64,000 nt of DNA from positions 64,001-128,000 of the forward strand of contig CAVZJB010000005.1 of assembly GCA_963775425.1 (NCBI GenBank), given 5' to 3'. The position numbers and the translations under genes are program-made. The stretch is from an uncultured delta proteobacterium. Lineage in GTDB: Bacteria > Myxococcota > UBA727 > VGSZ01. Shown here piece by piece: positions 30,400 to 39,938 of the stretch. Within the stretch, counting starts at the first letter, position 1. Every line of letters starts with the position of its first letter. Under the pieces are notes generated by a model. That model ran no database searches and was not told the origin of the DNA. It worked only from the letters and a program-made list of their open reading frames with translations.

Positions 30400-31916
30400 G
30401 GCGTCACCCCCGTCCCCACCTCGAAGTCGGTGCGCTGCGAGACGCCCGCCTTGCGATCGAACACCAGCGCGCCGTCGATGTAGACCTGCGCCGTCTTCGC
30501 GTAGACCGAGAACGGGTCGTGGTCCCAGACCACGACGTCGGCCATCTTCCCCTCGGTGAGCGTGCCGGTCTTGTCGTCGACACCGAGCGCCCAGGCCGGG
30601 TTGGCGGTGATCCAGCGCAGCGCCTCGTTCTCGTCGATCTGGATGCCCATGCGCCGGCCCGCGGTCATCGCCTTTCCCGCCTCCTGGTTGAGGTGGCGGA
30701 TCTCCGACTCGCTGTCGCTGTGGATGATGGCGCGCACCCCGGCCTCGCTCAGCATGGCCGCGTTCTGCGGGACGCCGTCGTAGGACTCCATCTTGAAGCC
30801 CCACCAGTCGTCCCACGTCGACACCGCCACGCCCTCGGCCGCGAGCCTGTCGCGGATCTTGTAGGCCTCGACGGCGTGATGGAACGAGCGGATCTTGAAG
30901 CGGAACTCCTTGGCGAGGTCGAGCATGATGCTCATCTCGTCGGCGCGGTAGCAGTGGTTGTGCACGAGGATCTTTCCGTCGAGCACCGCGGCCAGGGTCT
31001 CGAGCTCGAGGTTGCGCGCCGGCGGCTCCGGCGGATCCACCGGCGCGGGATCGCTCTCGGGCTTGAGCGCGTCCTTCGCCGCGGTGCGCGCGAGCTTCTG
31101 CTTCCACAGGTCGAGGTCGCGCGCGTACTTCGCCCAGCGACGGCGGTATTCGGTGGCGTCCTGAAACGCTTTGCGGAAGCCCGCGATGTCTCCCATGCGC
31201 GTCTGCGGGCCGCCCTTGTTCCCGTAGACGCGCTTGGGGTTTTCCCCGCACGCCATCTTCAAGCCCTGCGGCGCGCCGGGGAACCGCATCTCGCGCGCGG
31301 AGCGGCCGAGCTTGAGCTTGGCGATGAAGCTCCTGCCGCCGATGAGGTTGGCGCTGCCGGGCAAGACCTGGATGGTGGTGATGCCGCCGCGCACCGCGCG
31401 CGTGAGCGCGGGGTCCTGCGGCCAGAAGGAGTGCTCGGCCCAGACGTAGCCCGTCGTCGGCCGCACCGCCTCGTTGCCGTCGTCGTTGCCGCGCGTCTCG
31501 GGCAGCGGGTAGACACCCATGTGCGAGTGCGTGTCGATGATGCCCGGCGTGATGAACATGCCGGTGGCGTCGACGACGCGCACGCCGGCAGACGCCGTGC
31601 CCGGTCCGTCGCCGACGGCGGCGATCTTCCCGTCCCGCAGCAGCACGTGTCCCTTGGTGTAGACCTTGCCCGTCGCCGTCATGACCGTGCCGTTTTGCAG
31701 CAGCACCGCCGGCGGCGGCGGCCCCTTCGGGGTGACGTCGGGCGGCGTCGCCGGGGCGACGTACGCGGGGAACGGCGCGGGTCGCGGCAGCTTCGGCAGC
31801 TTCGCGAGCGCGTCCGCCGGCGTCGACGGCGCGGCGGGTGTCGTCGCGCACGCGGCGGCGGCGACGACGACGACGAGGGTGAACGGGTGAATCGCGCGAG
31901 TGGACGTGCGAGGCAT
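30396..31916 (-). CDS. Amidohydrolase-family lipoprotein
   Basis: PGIIDTHSH, LKMACGENPK, HCYRA, HHAVEAY, IHSD, ITANPAWALG, GTLTEGKMADVVVW. Confidence 0.92.
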   Translation of the reverse strand: MPRTSTRAIHPFTLVVVVAAAACATTPAAPSTPADALAKLPKLPRPAPFPAYVAPATPPDVTPKGPPPPAVLLQNGTVMTATGKVYTKGHVLLRDGKIAAVGDGPGTASAGVRVVDATGMFITPGIIDTHSHMGVYPLPETRGNDDGNEAVRPTTGYVWAEHSFWPQDPALTRAVRGGITTIQVLPGSANLIGGRSFIAKLKLGRSAREMRFPGAPQGLKMACGENPKRVYGNKGGPQTRMGDIAGFRKAFQDATEYRRRWAKYARDLDLWKQKLARTAAKDALKPESDPAPVDPPEPPARNLELETLAAVLDGKILVHNHCYRADEMSIMLDLAKEFRFKIRSFHHAVEAYKIRDRLAAEGVAVSTWDDWWGFKMESYDGVPQNAAMLSEAGVRAIIHSDSESEIRHLNQEAGKAMTAGRRMGIQIDENEALRWITANPAWALGVDDKTGTLTEGKMADVVVWDHDPFSVYAKTAQVYIDGALVFDRKAGVSQRTDFEVGTGVTP

Positions 31917-31986
31917 GCGGCGGAGCCTAGCTCGAACCCACGCCGCGCTGGCGACAGCCCGCGAAAGAAACCCTATGATCGCGGAC

Positions 31987-32472
31987 ATGGAGCGCGACGA
32001 CGGAAAAGGGGTGCGGGTCGCGTTCGTGCCACCCGTGTTCCTGAGCGCGTTCTACGCGCCACCCACCCGGGCCGGGCTCGACTTCCTCTTCGATTGCGAG
32101 CGCGAGTGGGTCGCGGACCTGCCGCACTTCTGCGCCATCGCGTTCGTCGACCTGCGCGTGGGCAAGGAGATGCCGTCGGACGCGCGGGCGCGCGCCAAGG
32201 AGATCACCGAGCAGTTCGGCGATCGCATGCTCTGCACCATCACCGTCGTCGAGGGGACGGGCTTCTTCCCCGCGCTCGTGCGCAGCGTGCTCGCGGGCAT
32301 CCAGCTCCTGTCGCGCTCGTCGTCGGCGATGTACGTCACGCCCAACCTCGAGGACGCGCTCGAGCGCGTCCACGCCGTCGCCGCCCCCCGCGGCCTCGTC
32401 ATCGATGACGCGGCCGTCGCCGCGGCCGCCGCGCGCATGCTCGCCGCGCCGGCCTCCACCCGCACCGCGTGA
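31987..32472 (+). CDS. Hypothetical protein (STAS/SEC14-like alpha/beta)
   Basis: TATGAT 7 nt before ATG31987; AFVDL...PSDARA...ITVVEG.GF...VRSVL pattern typical of myxobacterial STAS/SEC14-like proteins. Confidence 0.6.
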   Translation: MERDDGKGVRVAFVPPVFLSAFYAPPTRAGLDFLFDCEREWVADLPHFCAIAFVDLRVGKEMPSDARARAKEITEQFGDRMLCTITVVEGTGFFPALVRSVLAGIQLLSRSSSAMYVTPNLEDALERVHAVAAPRGLVIDDAAVAAAAARMLAAPASTRTA

Positions 32473-32481
32473 GGCCGCGGC

Positions 32482-33597
32482 TCACTTCGGCGGCACCAGC
32501 ACCACGCGCTCGAACAGCCCGTCGACGGAGCGGACGTCGGCGCGCGCGTCCGTGGCGGCGCCCGCCGCGGTGAGGCCGGCGCCGGCGCCGGCCCAGATGG
32601 CGCCGGCGAGCAGGTGGCGCGCGTCGAGGGGCGCCGCGGTGACGGTGCTCAGGCTCTTTTGCACCATGCCCGTGCCGTCGCGGATGGACTGCGAGCGGAA
32701 CGCGGAGCGCGAGCGCAGGAGCTCCTCGAAGGGGCGGCCGTGCACGGTGGTGGCCTGCGCCGTCGACGACCACACCACGAGGCCCGCGCGCCGGGACAGC
32801 GGCGTGCGGGCGACGCCGCCGAGGGACGCGCGCACGCCGATGCGGCCGAGGCGGATGACGGCGGCGTCGGCGTCGGCGACGGCGTCGGCGACGCCGGCGG
32901 GCGCGGGGTGGGTCGAGGGGACGATGAGCGCGCGCTCGCCGTTTTCGCCGTCGGCGCGGACGGTGGGGCCGTCGCCGTCGAGGGCGAGCGCGGCGTCGTC
33001 GGCGAGGACGGCGCGCTCGACGTCGCCGGCGCGGTCGCCGGCGGCGGAGCGGAGGTCGGCGCGCGCGCGGGCGAGATCGGCGTCGCCGGCGTGGGTGGCG
33101 ACGAGGCAGCGCAACGTGAGCGCGTGGACGAGGACGGCGTCGCTGGTGTCGGCGCGCGAGGCCTTCACGTCGAAGAACGCCGCCTGGTGCAGCGCGGGGA
33201 GCGCGAGATCGCAGCGGCTGCGCTCGATGTCGAGGGCGGCGAGCAGCGCCTCGGCGAGCACGCGCTCATGCGGCCGGCCGCGGTAGGGCTTGTCGGCGTC
33301 GGAGGCGAAGGCCTCTTCGAGGGCGGGGCCGCCGACGAGCGGCGCGTCGACGGTGAGGTCGTCGAGGCGGGCGGCGGCGCGCTCGAGGCCCCAGCGGGCC
33401 TTGGTGTGGTTTCCGGCGCGAAGCGCGGCGAAGCCACGGTCGAGCGCGTCGAGCACGTCGTCCCCCGTGGACGCCGCCGCGGAGGCGGGCGCGGCGAGCG
33501 CGAGGGCGGTCCCCAGGAGCGCGGCGCCGGCGAGCGTGGTGCGGGCCGGGCCGCGACCCGGCGGCGTGCGTAGCGCGGTCGACGCGAAGGCGCGCAC
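32482..33597 (-). CDS. COG3014-like secreted TPR-type protein
   Basis: Signal peptide; DKPYRGRPHERVL motif; C-terminal TDARADVRSV; last gene of an lpoB-like operon. Confidence 0.6.
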   Translation of the reverse strand: MRAFASTALRTPPGRGPARTTLAGAALLGTALALAAPASAAASTGDDVLDALDRGFAALRAGNHTKARWGLERAAARLDDLTVDAPLVGGPALEEAFASDADKPYRGRPHERVLAEALLAALDIERSRCDLALPALHQAAFFDVKASRADTSDAVLVHALTLRCLVATHAGDADLARARADLRSAAGDRAGDVERAVLADDAALALDGDGPTVRADGENGERALIVPSTHPAPAGVADAVADADAAVIRLGRIGVRASLGGVARTPLSRRAGLVVWSSTAQATTVHGRPFEELLRSRSAFRSQSIRDGTGMVQKSLSTVTAAPLDARHLLAGAIWAGAGAGLTAAGAATDARADVRSVDGLFERVVLVPPK

Positions 33598-33600
33598 GGC

Positions 33601-34017
33601 TCAGCCCCGGGCGCGCAGGCGGATGACGAGCTTCTCGCCGTCGTCGACGTCCTGCCACAGCGTCAGCACGCTCTGCTGCCGCGGCGCGAGCGCCACGTCG
33701 TGGAAGCCGCTGCGGTCGGTGCGGGCGCCGGCCGCGCTGAAGGTCTCGAGCTGCACCTGCACCGCCACGGCCTCGAGCGTGTGGTTTTCGAGCGTCACCT
33801 CGATGGGGCCGCCGTGGACGTCGACGCGGGCGACGCCGACCTCCGAGCAGATCTGCCCCTCGCCGCACTCCACGCGGCCCCACGGGTACTCCTGCACCGT
33901 CTTCGGATCGAGCGCGTTTTCGGCGGCGATGCGCGCGTCCTTGGCGACGACGCAGCCGGTGCCGGCGGCGGCGAGGAGGGCGGCCGCGACCGCGGCGAGG
34001 GCGACGAGGGCTTTCAT
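33601..34017 (-). CDS. YcfL/DUF1425-like lipoprotein
   Basis: Lipobox GTGC; VTLENHT...VQVQLETF.A.G Ig-like pattern; adjacent to the lpoB-like gene. Confidence 0.55.
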   Translation of the reverse strand: MKALVALAAVAAALLAAAGTGCVVAKDARIAAENALDPKTVQEYPWGRVECGEGQICSEVGVARVDVHGGPIEVTLENHTLEAVAVQVQLETFSAAGARTDRSGFHDVALAPRQQSVLTLWQDVDDGEKLVIRLRARG

Positions 34018-34033
34018 CGGTAGCTCCTGCAGA

Positions 34034-34597
34034 TCACTGGTAGATGACGTCGACGTCGCTCTTGCGCTTGGTCTCGAACATGCCGGACCAGAGCACCTCG
34101 CCGTCACCGGGGCGGCGCAGCGTGAACGCGTATTGGACGTAGTCGCTCGTCGTGGGGCCGTTGTCCTTGGTCAGCGAGCGGACCTGCGTGTACAGCGCCA
34201 TGTCGCCGCGGCTGTCGGCGGGGACGCCGTCGAGGCTGACGATGTGGAACGTGCCGCGGGAGCGCTCGACGAGGTCCTGCACCAGGCGGTTTTGCAGGAG
34301 CAGCGGATCCACGCGGAAGCGGGACAGGTTCTGCACCGGCATCACGACGATGCGGACGTCGGCTCTGTGCAGCGCGCGGATGCCGCGGGCGATCTGCTCG
34401 CTGGCGCCCCGGATGTCACCGCTCTCGACGCCCGTCCCGCCGAGGTCGTCGTCGGCGTCCGGGTCGAGCTGGACGGTGCGGCCCTGGGCGCTCTGGAGCG
34501 CGCAGGCGGGCGCCCCGACGGCGAAGCACAAAAGGACGAGCGCGCAGACGGTGAGCAGAAACGCGCGCTGAAGGACGTCGACGACGTCACGGACCAT
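34034..34597 (-). CDS. lpoB: Penicillin-binding protein activator LpoB-like lipoprotein
   Basis: LDPD...LGGTG.ES.DI, VMPVQNLSRFRVD, YAFTL...GEVLWSG fit LpoB/CsgG-like lipoproteins. Confidence 0.6.
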   Translation of the reverse strand: MVRDVVDVLQRAFLLTVCALVLLCFAVGAPACALQSAQGRTVQLDPDADDDLGGTGVESGDIRGASEQIARGIRALHRADVRIVVMPVQNLSRFRVDPLLLQNRLVQDLVERSRGTFHIVSLDGVPADSRGDMALYTQVRSLTKDNGPTTSDYVQYAFTLRRPGDGEVLWSGMFETKRKSDVDVIYQ

Positions 34598-34853
34598 GGC
34601 GAGCTCCAGGAAAGTCAGCGCTCCGACGCCACCCGGTGGCGACCTATTCGCACCTCGCCGTGTCCGACATCACCCTTCCGGGCGCGGAACATCAAAACCG
34701 GGGTCCGCGGGGGTCCGCATCGGATATTGGGGGCTGCCGCTTGTCGTCGTGGCGGACGTGGTGGTACCAACGAGCGTCAAATCCTTCGCATCCCAGGATG
34801 CGCGCGGCGCTCCGACCGAAGGGAAGGCGCGCAGCGGAATTTCGGAGGGCCCC

Positions 34854-36377
34854 ATGCAGGGGGACATCATCGGCATCGACCTCGGCACGACCAACTCGTG
34901 CGCTGCCATCGTCGAGGACGACGGGAACGTGAAGATCATCCCCTACCGGGGGGGTGAGACCACCATTCCGTCCATCTTCGCCATCGACGACAAGGGCAAC
35001 GAGCTCGTCGGCTACGAGGCCAAGCGCCAGTGGCTGCTCAACCCGCGGCGCACCGTCTACGGCGCCAAGCGCCTGGTGGGCCGCGACTACCAGGAGGGCT
35101 TCGTCAAGAAGATGGGCGAGTACTTCGCCTACGACATGAAGCCCGGCGGCGAGGGCAACGTCGAGATCGGCCTCGGCGACAAGCACTTCAACCTTCAGCA
35201 GGTCTCCTCGAAGATCCTGAACGTGGTGCGCACGGTGGCGTCGGACTACCTGAAGCGCCCCATCATGCGCGCCGTCGTCACGGTGCCCGCCTACTTCAAC
35301 GATCGCCAGCGCCAGGCCGTCAAGGAGGCCGGCGACATCATCGGCCTCGAGGTCGTGCGCATCATCAACGAGCCCACCGCCGCCGCCATGGCGTACGGCA
35401 TCCGGCGCAACCTCAACCAGACCGTCGCCATCTACGACCTCGGCGGCGGCACGTTCGACATGAGCGTCATCGACATCCGCGGCCGCACCTTCGAGGTGCG
35501 CGCCACGGGCGGCGACATCTTCCTCGGCGGCATCGACTGGGACAACGCGCTCATCCAGCACGTCATCACCGACTTCCAGCAGAAGCACGGCATCGATCTG
35601 TCCACGGATCCGATCGCCATGCAGCGCATCAAGGACCTCGCCGAGCGCACCAAGATCGATCTGTCGTCGAGGACGGAGGCGCCGTTCTCCATCCCGTTCG
35701 TGACCATGACCCCCGAGGGCACGCCCCTCGACATCAACATGGTCATCACGCGCAAGGTCTTCGAGGAGCTCACCGAGCCGCTCGTCAAGCGCACCATCGA
35801 GATCGCCGACATGGTGATCAAGGACGCCGGCATCCAGGTGCACCAGCTCGACGAGATCCTCCTCGTCGGTGGCCAGACCCGCTGGCCGGCGGTGCAGCGC
35901 TCGGTGCTCGAGTACTTCGGCAAGCCGCCCGCCAAGAGCGTGCACCCCGACGAGGCGGTGGCGGTGGGGGCGGCGCTGTACGCGCACTCCCTCGAGACCG
36001 ACGTCGTCGACCAGAAGGTGCAGCTCCTCGACGTCATCCCGATGGCCATCGGCATCGAGCGCGCCGACGGCGACATCCACGAGATCTTCAAGCGCAACGC
36101 CAGCGTGCCCAACCAGAAGTCGCTGACGTTCACGACGAGCTACGACGACCAGGCCGAGCTCACGATGCGCATCTACCAAGGCGGCCAGACGGAAGCGAAG
36201 AAGAACGAGCTCCTCGGGGAGTTCGAGTTCTCCGGCATCCGCCGCGGGCCCAAGGGCTCCGTGAAGGTCGAGGTCGTCTTCGACTGCAACGTCGAGGGCA
36301 TCCTCACCATGTCCGCCCACGACAAAGACACGGGCAAGGACATGAAGACCACGGTCAAGGTCCGCGGCGCGGCTTGA
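34854..36377 (+). CDS. Hsp70-family chaperone lacking the C-terminal lid (507 aa)
   Basis: IIGIDLGTTNS, AVVTVPAYFNDRQRQA, IINEPTAAA, YDLGGGTFD, LVGGQTR, linker LLDV; ends after the SBD-beta. Confidence 0.93.
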   Translation: MQGDIIGIDLGTTNSCAAIVEDDGNVKIIPYRGGETTIPSIFAIDDKGNELVGYEAKRQWLLNPRRTVYGAKRLVGRDYQEGFVKKMGEYFAYDMKPGGEGNVEIGLGDKHFNLQQVSSKILNVVRTVASDYLKRPIMRAVVTVPAYFNDRQRQAVKEAGDIIGLEVVRIINEPTAAAMAYGIRRNLNQTVAIYDLGGGTFDMSVIDIRGRTFEVRATGGDIFLGGIDWDNALIQHVITDFQQKHGIDLSTDPIAMQRIKDLAERTKIDLSSRTEAPFSIPFVTMTPEGTPLDINMVITRKVFEELTEPLVKRTIEIADMVIKDAGIQVHQLDEILLVGGQTRWPAVQRSVLEYFGKPPAKSVHPDEAVAVGAALYAHSLETDVVDQKVQLLDVIPMAIGIERADGDIHEIFKRNASVPNQKSLTFTTSYDDQAELTMRIYQGGQTEAKKNELLGEFEFSGIRRGPKGSVKVEVVFDCNVEGILTMSAHDKDTGKDMKTTVKVRGAA

Positions 36378-36385
36378 TTCTGTTC

Positions 36386-36493
36386 GCTGATTTTGTTCGC
36401 TCACGCTCACGAACAGCCGCGCCCTCCGGGCGCCCGGAGCTGATTTTGTTCGCTCACGCTCACGAACAGCCGCGCCCTCCGGGCGCCCGGAGC
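36386..36493. repeat. 53-bp direct repeat x2, each copy with two hairpins (REP/BIME-like; possible terminator)
   Basis: GCTGATTTTGTTCGCTCACGCTCACGAACAGCCGCGCCCTCCGGGCGCCCGGA at 36386 and 36439; TGTTCG/CGAACA stem and perfect palindrome CTCCGGGCGCCCGGAG. Confidence 0.88.
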
Positions 36494-36656
36494 GGCGGAG
36501 GCAGCATCCGAAGGCGCTTGGGGCGCTCGGGCGGGTGAAGACGTCGCCGGGCGCCTTCGGTGGCTGCCTCCGCCGCGCTCCTTTTGGGGCTTGGCGTCGT
36601 CGATTGCATGAGCGCGCAGGCCGAGACTTGATCGCCGCGGCGCTCCTTGGCCCCCC

Positions 36657-38543
36657 TCAGCGGTGGTGGCCTCGGGGGTGCGCGGGCGCCGGGGCCGCCT
36701 TCGACGAGCTCTTGCCCTTCGACTTGCCCTTCGACTTGCTCTTGGACTTGCCGTCGGACTTGCCGTCGGAAGGCGCGGGCTGGCCGGGAACGCCGACGGC
36801 CGGGCCGTAGGACGGGGCGCGCGCGGCGCCGCCGTAGGACGGGGCGCGCGTCGCGCCCCCATACGCTGGGGCGCGCGTGGCGCCGCCATAGGGCGAAGGC
36901 GCGTAGGGGCTGCCTCCCGGGCTCGGCTGGCGCCCGAAGTCGGGCTGGCGGCCCGGGGACCCATACGGCGCCGTCGCAGGCCCCCGGTCGGCGCCAGGCG
37001 CACGGTACGGGCTCGGGTACGGCGACGGGCCGTAGGGGTTGCGGTCCGGCCCGGGCGTCACCGGGCTGCGGTCGGGCACGCCGGGGTGGATGCCGTGGAC
37101 GAGGTCGGGGTCGATGGGCTGGTCGTCGCGCGGACGGACCACCTCGCCGTGGCCATACGGGCCGGCGTCCCCGCCAGCGGTGCCGCCCACGTCGCGGCCC
37201 GGCGTGTACGGGACCGGCGCCGGCTGCGCGTCGTCGCGCGAGCCCTGGAAGCGCCCGTTGCCATAGTCGCCGCGCGGCGTGATCGGGCGCGCGTTGTCGT
37301 CGACGACGCCGCGGCCCGTGTCGCCGCGCGTGTGCGGCACGCCGTGGCTGTTCACCACGCCGTCGGCGGGGTCCTCGCGCGGCGTGATGTCCACGGCGCG
37401 GCCCGGCGCGTTCGGGTCCAGGTCGTCGAGGCCGCTCGGACGCCCGCCACGCAGGTCGCGCGGAGGCGTGCGGCCGCTGTCGCCATAGCTGCCGACGTCG
37501 CCGCGCCCCCCCGCGCTGCCGTCGCTCGGCCTGCCGTCGCTCGGCCTGCCGTCGCTCGGCCTGCCGTCGCTCGGCCTGCCGTCGCTCGGGCGCCCACTGC
37601 TGCTGCCGTCGCTCGGGCGCCCGCTGCTGCCGCCGTCGTAGCCACCCCTGCCGTCGGAGGGCTGCCCGTCGCCCGGCCGGGGACGAGAGGTGCCGTCGGG
37701 GGCGCCGCTGTCGTGGCGGCCGCCGTCGTTGGCGCCACCGTCGTGGCCGGGCCGCGGGCGCGCGGTGCCCGAGGGCGGACGCGTCACGGGGTGGTCGCGG
37801 TCGGCGTCGCGCGCGGGGCGGTGGATGACGTGGCCGCCGTGGCTCACGACCTCGTGCTCGTCGGGGCCGCGGTAATAGCGCCGCCCGTGCACGTAGACGA
37901 CGTCACGCGAGGGGTACGTCGACACGTAGCAGTGGTGGTAGCCGTCGCCGACGATGATGGCGCTGCCGATGTACGCCGCGCCGAGCGCCGAGTAGCTGAC
38001 GAACACCCACGACGTCTCGTAGACCGAGTACGCCCCGCCGAAGTCCGCGCCGGGCGGCAGCGGCGCCCAGCCGACGTAGCCGCCGCCGGTGCGCCAACTG
38101 ACCCAGGCGGGCGCCCAGACCGTGCCGGGCACCCAGACCCAGCCGTAGCTCGAGTCGTAGAACCAGCGCCCGTAGTGGCCCGTGGCCCAGCCGAAGGGCG
38201 CGTGGCTGACCCACGTCCAACCCCACTCGGAGTACTCCCAGTGCCCGTCGGTGTACGGCCGGAAGCCGGCGCCGACGATGGCGCGGTTCGGCACGAAGAC
38301 GCGGCCGTAGCCCGGATACGCGACCCAGCTCCCGTACGGCGACAGGGGCTCGTAGAAGTCCGCGGGGCTCGCGATGCCCGCGCTCTGCTCGTAGGGCATC
38401 GCGTCGGGGGTGGCGGCCGACGCGGGCGCCGGCGAGGAAACGTCGTTGCGGCGGTCGTCGTCGACGACGTAGACCGTGCGGGTGACGCAGGACGCTCCGG
38501 TGACGGCAAGGACGAGCGCGGCGACGAGGGGGGCGGTGCGCAT
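36657..38543 (-). CDS. DUF6600-like lipoprotein (Trp/Tyr/Gly-rich domain) with a long disordered tail
   Basis: FYEPLSPYGSW, FRPYTDGHW...GWTWVS..PFGWATGHYGRW, WAPAWVSWR, GWAPLPP; GRPSD tandem repeats at about 37515-37620. Confidence 0.85.
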   Translation of the reverse strand: MRTAPLVAALVLAVTGASCVTRTVYVVDDDRRNDVSSPAPASAATPDAMPYEQSAGIASPADFYEPLSPYGSWVAYPGYGRVFVPNRAIVGAGFRPYTDGHWEYSEWGWTWVSHAPFGWATGHYGRWFYDSSYGWVWVPGTVWAPAWVSWRTGGGYVGWAPLPPGADFGGAYSVYETSWVFVSYSALGAAYIGSAIIVGDGYHHCYVSTYPSRDVVYVHGRRYYRGPDEHEVVSHGGHVIHRPARDADRDHPVTRPPSGTARPRPGHDGGANDGGRHDSGAPDGTSRPRPGDGQPSDGRGGYDGGSSGRPSDGSSSGRPSDGRPSDGRPSDGRPSDGRPSDGSAGGRGDVGSYGDSGRTPPRDLRGGRPSGLDDLDPNAPGRAVDITPREDPADGVVNSHGVPHTRGDTGRGVVDDNARPITPRGDYGNGRFQGSRDDAQPAPVPYTPGRDVGGTAGGDAGPYGHGEVVRPRDDQPIDPDLVHGIHPGVPDRSPVTPGPDRNPYGPSPYPSPYRAPGADRGPATAPYGSPGRQPDFGRQPSPGGSPYAPSPYGGATRAPAYGGATRAPSYGGAARAPSYGPAVGVPGQPAPSDGKSDGKSKSKSKGKSKGKSSSKAAPAPAHPRGHHR

Positions 38544-38654
38544 AGGGTCTCCATCCTGTGCGGCGTGCCCTCCCGATGGCGGGCGCGCTGCGCGCATCCC
38601 TGCGGATGCCATACCCATGGGACGGTCATTGTCCCACCTGGATTCATAGAACGG

Positions 38655-39932
38655 ATGACCCCGCCCCGCCGCTCCCGGCCCCCAGGATCACACGCGCCCC
38701 CGCGGCCGCGGCCGCATGGGGCCGGGGCCGGGCGCCGGGAGATCTTCCGCGCCCCATGGATCCCGGCCGTCGTCGCCGCGCTCGCCGTCGCCGGCTGCAA
38801 GCCGCAGGGGCCGGTGCGCGCCACCCACGTGCTCGACGCTGCCGGCCGCCGGCCGCTCACGGCCCCCCTGGCCCTGCCCGAGGTGCTCGACGTCGACCTC
38901 GCCGCGCCGTCGGGCGGGGGGCGCGCCCGGCTCGTCGGCGCGCGGCTGCCGGGGCACGCGCGGCCGGGGGAGGTGGTGGCGGGGGAGCTGTTGTTCCTCG
39001 TCGAGCACGCGCTCGCCGCGGGGGCGCCGCAGGTCTTCGTGCACGCCGCCGCGCCGGGCGCCGAGGTGAACCAGGGCGGCGCCGACCACGCGCCGCCGGC
39101 GCCCGCGTCGACGTGGCAGGCCGGCGATCTGGTGCACGACCGCTTCACGCTGCGAATCCCGGAGGGCATCGGCGTCGACGCGCTCGTCGTGTACGCCGGG
39201 CTCTACGAGGGCAAGGCGCGCTGGGCGACGGCGCCGAAACAGGACGGCGACCGCGTCGAGATCGGCCGCGTCCACATCGACGGCGCGCCGCCGCTCGTGG
39301 TGCACGCCGCCGTGCACCGGCGGACCGGCGAGATCGTCGTCGACGGCAAGCTCGACGAGCCCGACTGGCAGCAGGCCGCGGTGCTCGGGCCGTTCGTCGC
39401 GTGGGACGGAAAGAGCCCCATCACGCGGCCGACGACGGCGAAGCTGTTGTGGGACGCCGACAACCTCTACCTCGCGTTTCGCGGCGAGGACCCGGACGTG
39501 TTCACGCCCTACACCCACGACGACGACCCGCTGTACGACAGCGAGGCCGTCGAGATCTTCATCGACGCCGACGGCGACAAGGACGTCTACGTGGAGCTGC
39601 AGGCGGCTCCGAAGAACGACCTGCACTTCGACGCCGCCTTCGCCGGCGGCCGTCGCAAGAACATGGATCGCGGCTACCACGCCGGCTACGTCACAAAGAC
39701 CGTCGTCGACGACACGGGCTTCACGTCGGAGTGGCGCATCCCGGTGAAGGACCTCAAGGACATCCCCGCCGGCGAGCCGCGCGCCGGGGCCACATGGCAC
39801 GTGAACCTCTTTCGCCTCGAGCGCGTCCGCGAAGGCGGCAGGGTCGTGAAGAACGAGGCCTCTGCGTGGTCGACGCCGCTGTCGGGCGACTTCCACAACC
39901 TCGATCGCTTCGGGACCATCACGTTCGATTGA
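38655..39932 (+). CDS. Carbohydrate-binding family 9-like (CBM9/DOMON) lipoprotein
   Basis: Lipobox VAGC; IVVDGKLDEPDW, LLWDADNLYLAF, DSEAVEIFID, EWRIP, WHVNLFR, DFH...FG. Start codon uncertain. Confidence 0.8.
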   Translation: MTPPRRSRPPGSHAPPRPRPHGAGAGRREIFRAPWIPAVVAALAVAGCKPQGPVRATHVLDAAGRRPLTAPLALPEVLDVDLAAPSGGGRARLVGARLPGHARPGEVVAGELLFLVEHALAAGAPQVFVHAAAPGAEVNQGGADHAPPAPASTWQAGDLVHDRFTLRIPEGIGVDALVVYAGLYEGKARWATAPKQDGDRVEIGRVHIDGAPPLVVHAAVHRRTGEIVVDGKLDEPDWQQAAVLGPFVAWDGKSPITRPTTAKLLWDADNLYLAFRGEDPDVFTPYTHDDDPLYDSEAVEIFIDADGDKDVYVELQAAPKNDLHFDAAFAGGRRKNMDRGYHAGYVTKTVVDDTGFTSEWRIPVKDLKDIPAGEPRAGATWHVNLFRLERVREGGRVVKNEASAWSTPLSGDFHNLDRFGTITFD

Positions 39933-39938
39933 GCGGGA

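Noticed and set aside
36386-36493. CRISPR array (53-bp period)
   Set aside because: Only two identical units, with no variable spacer.
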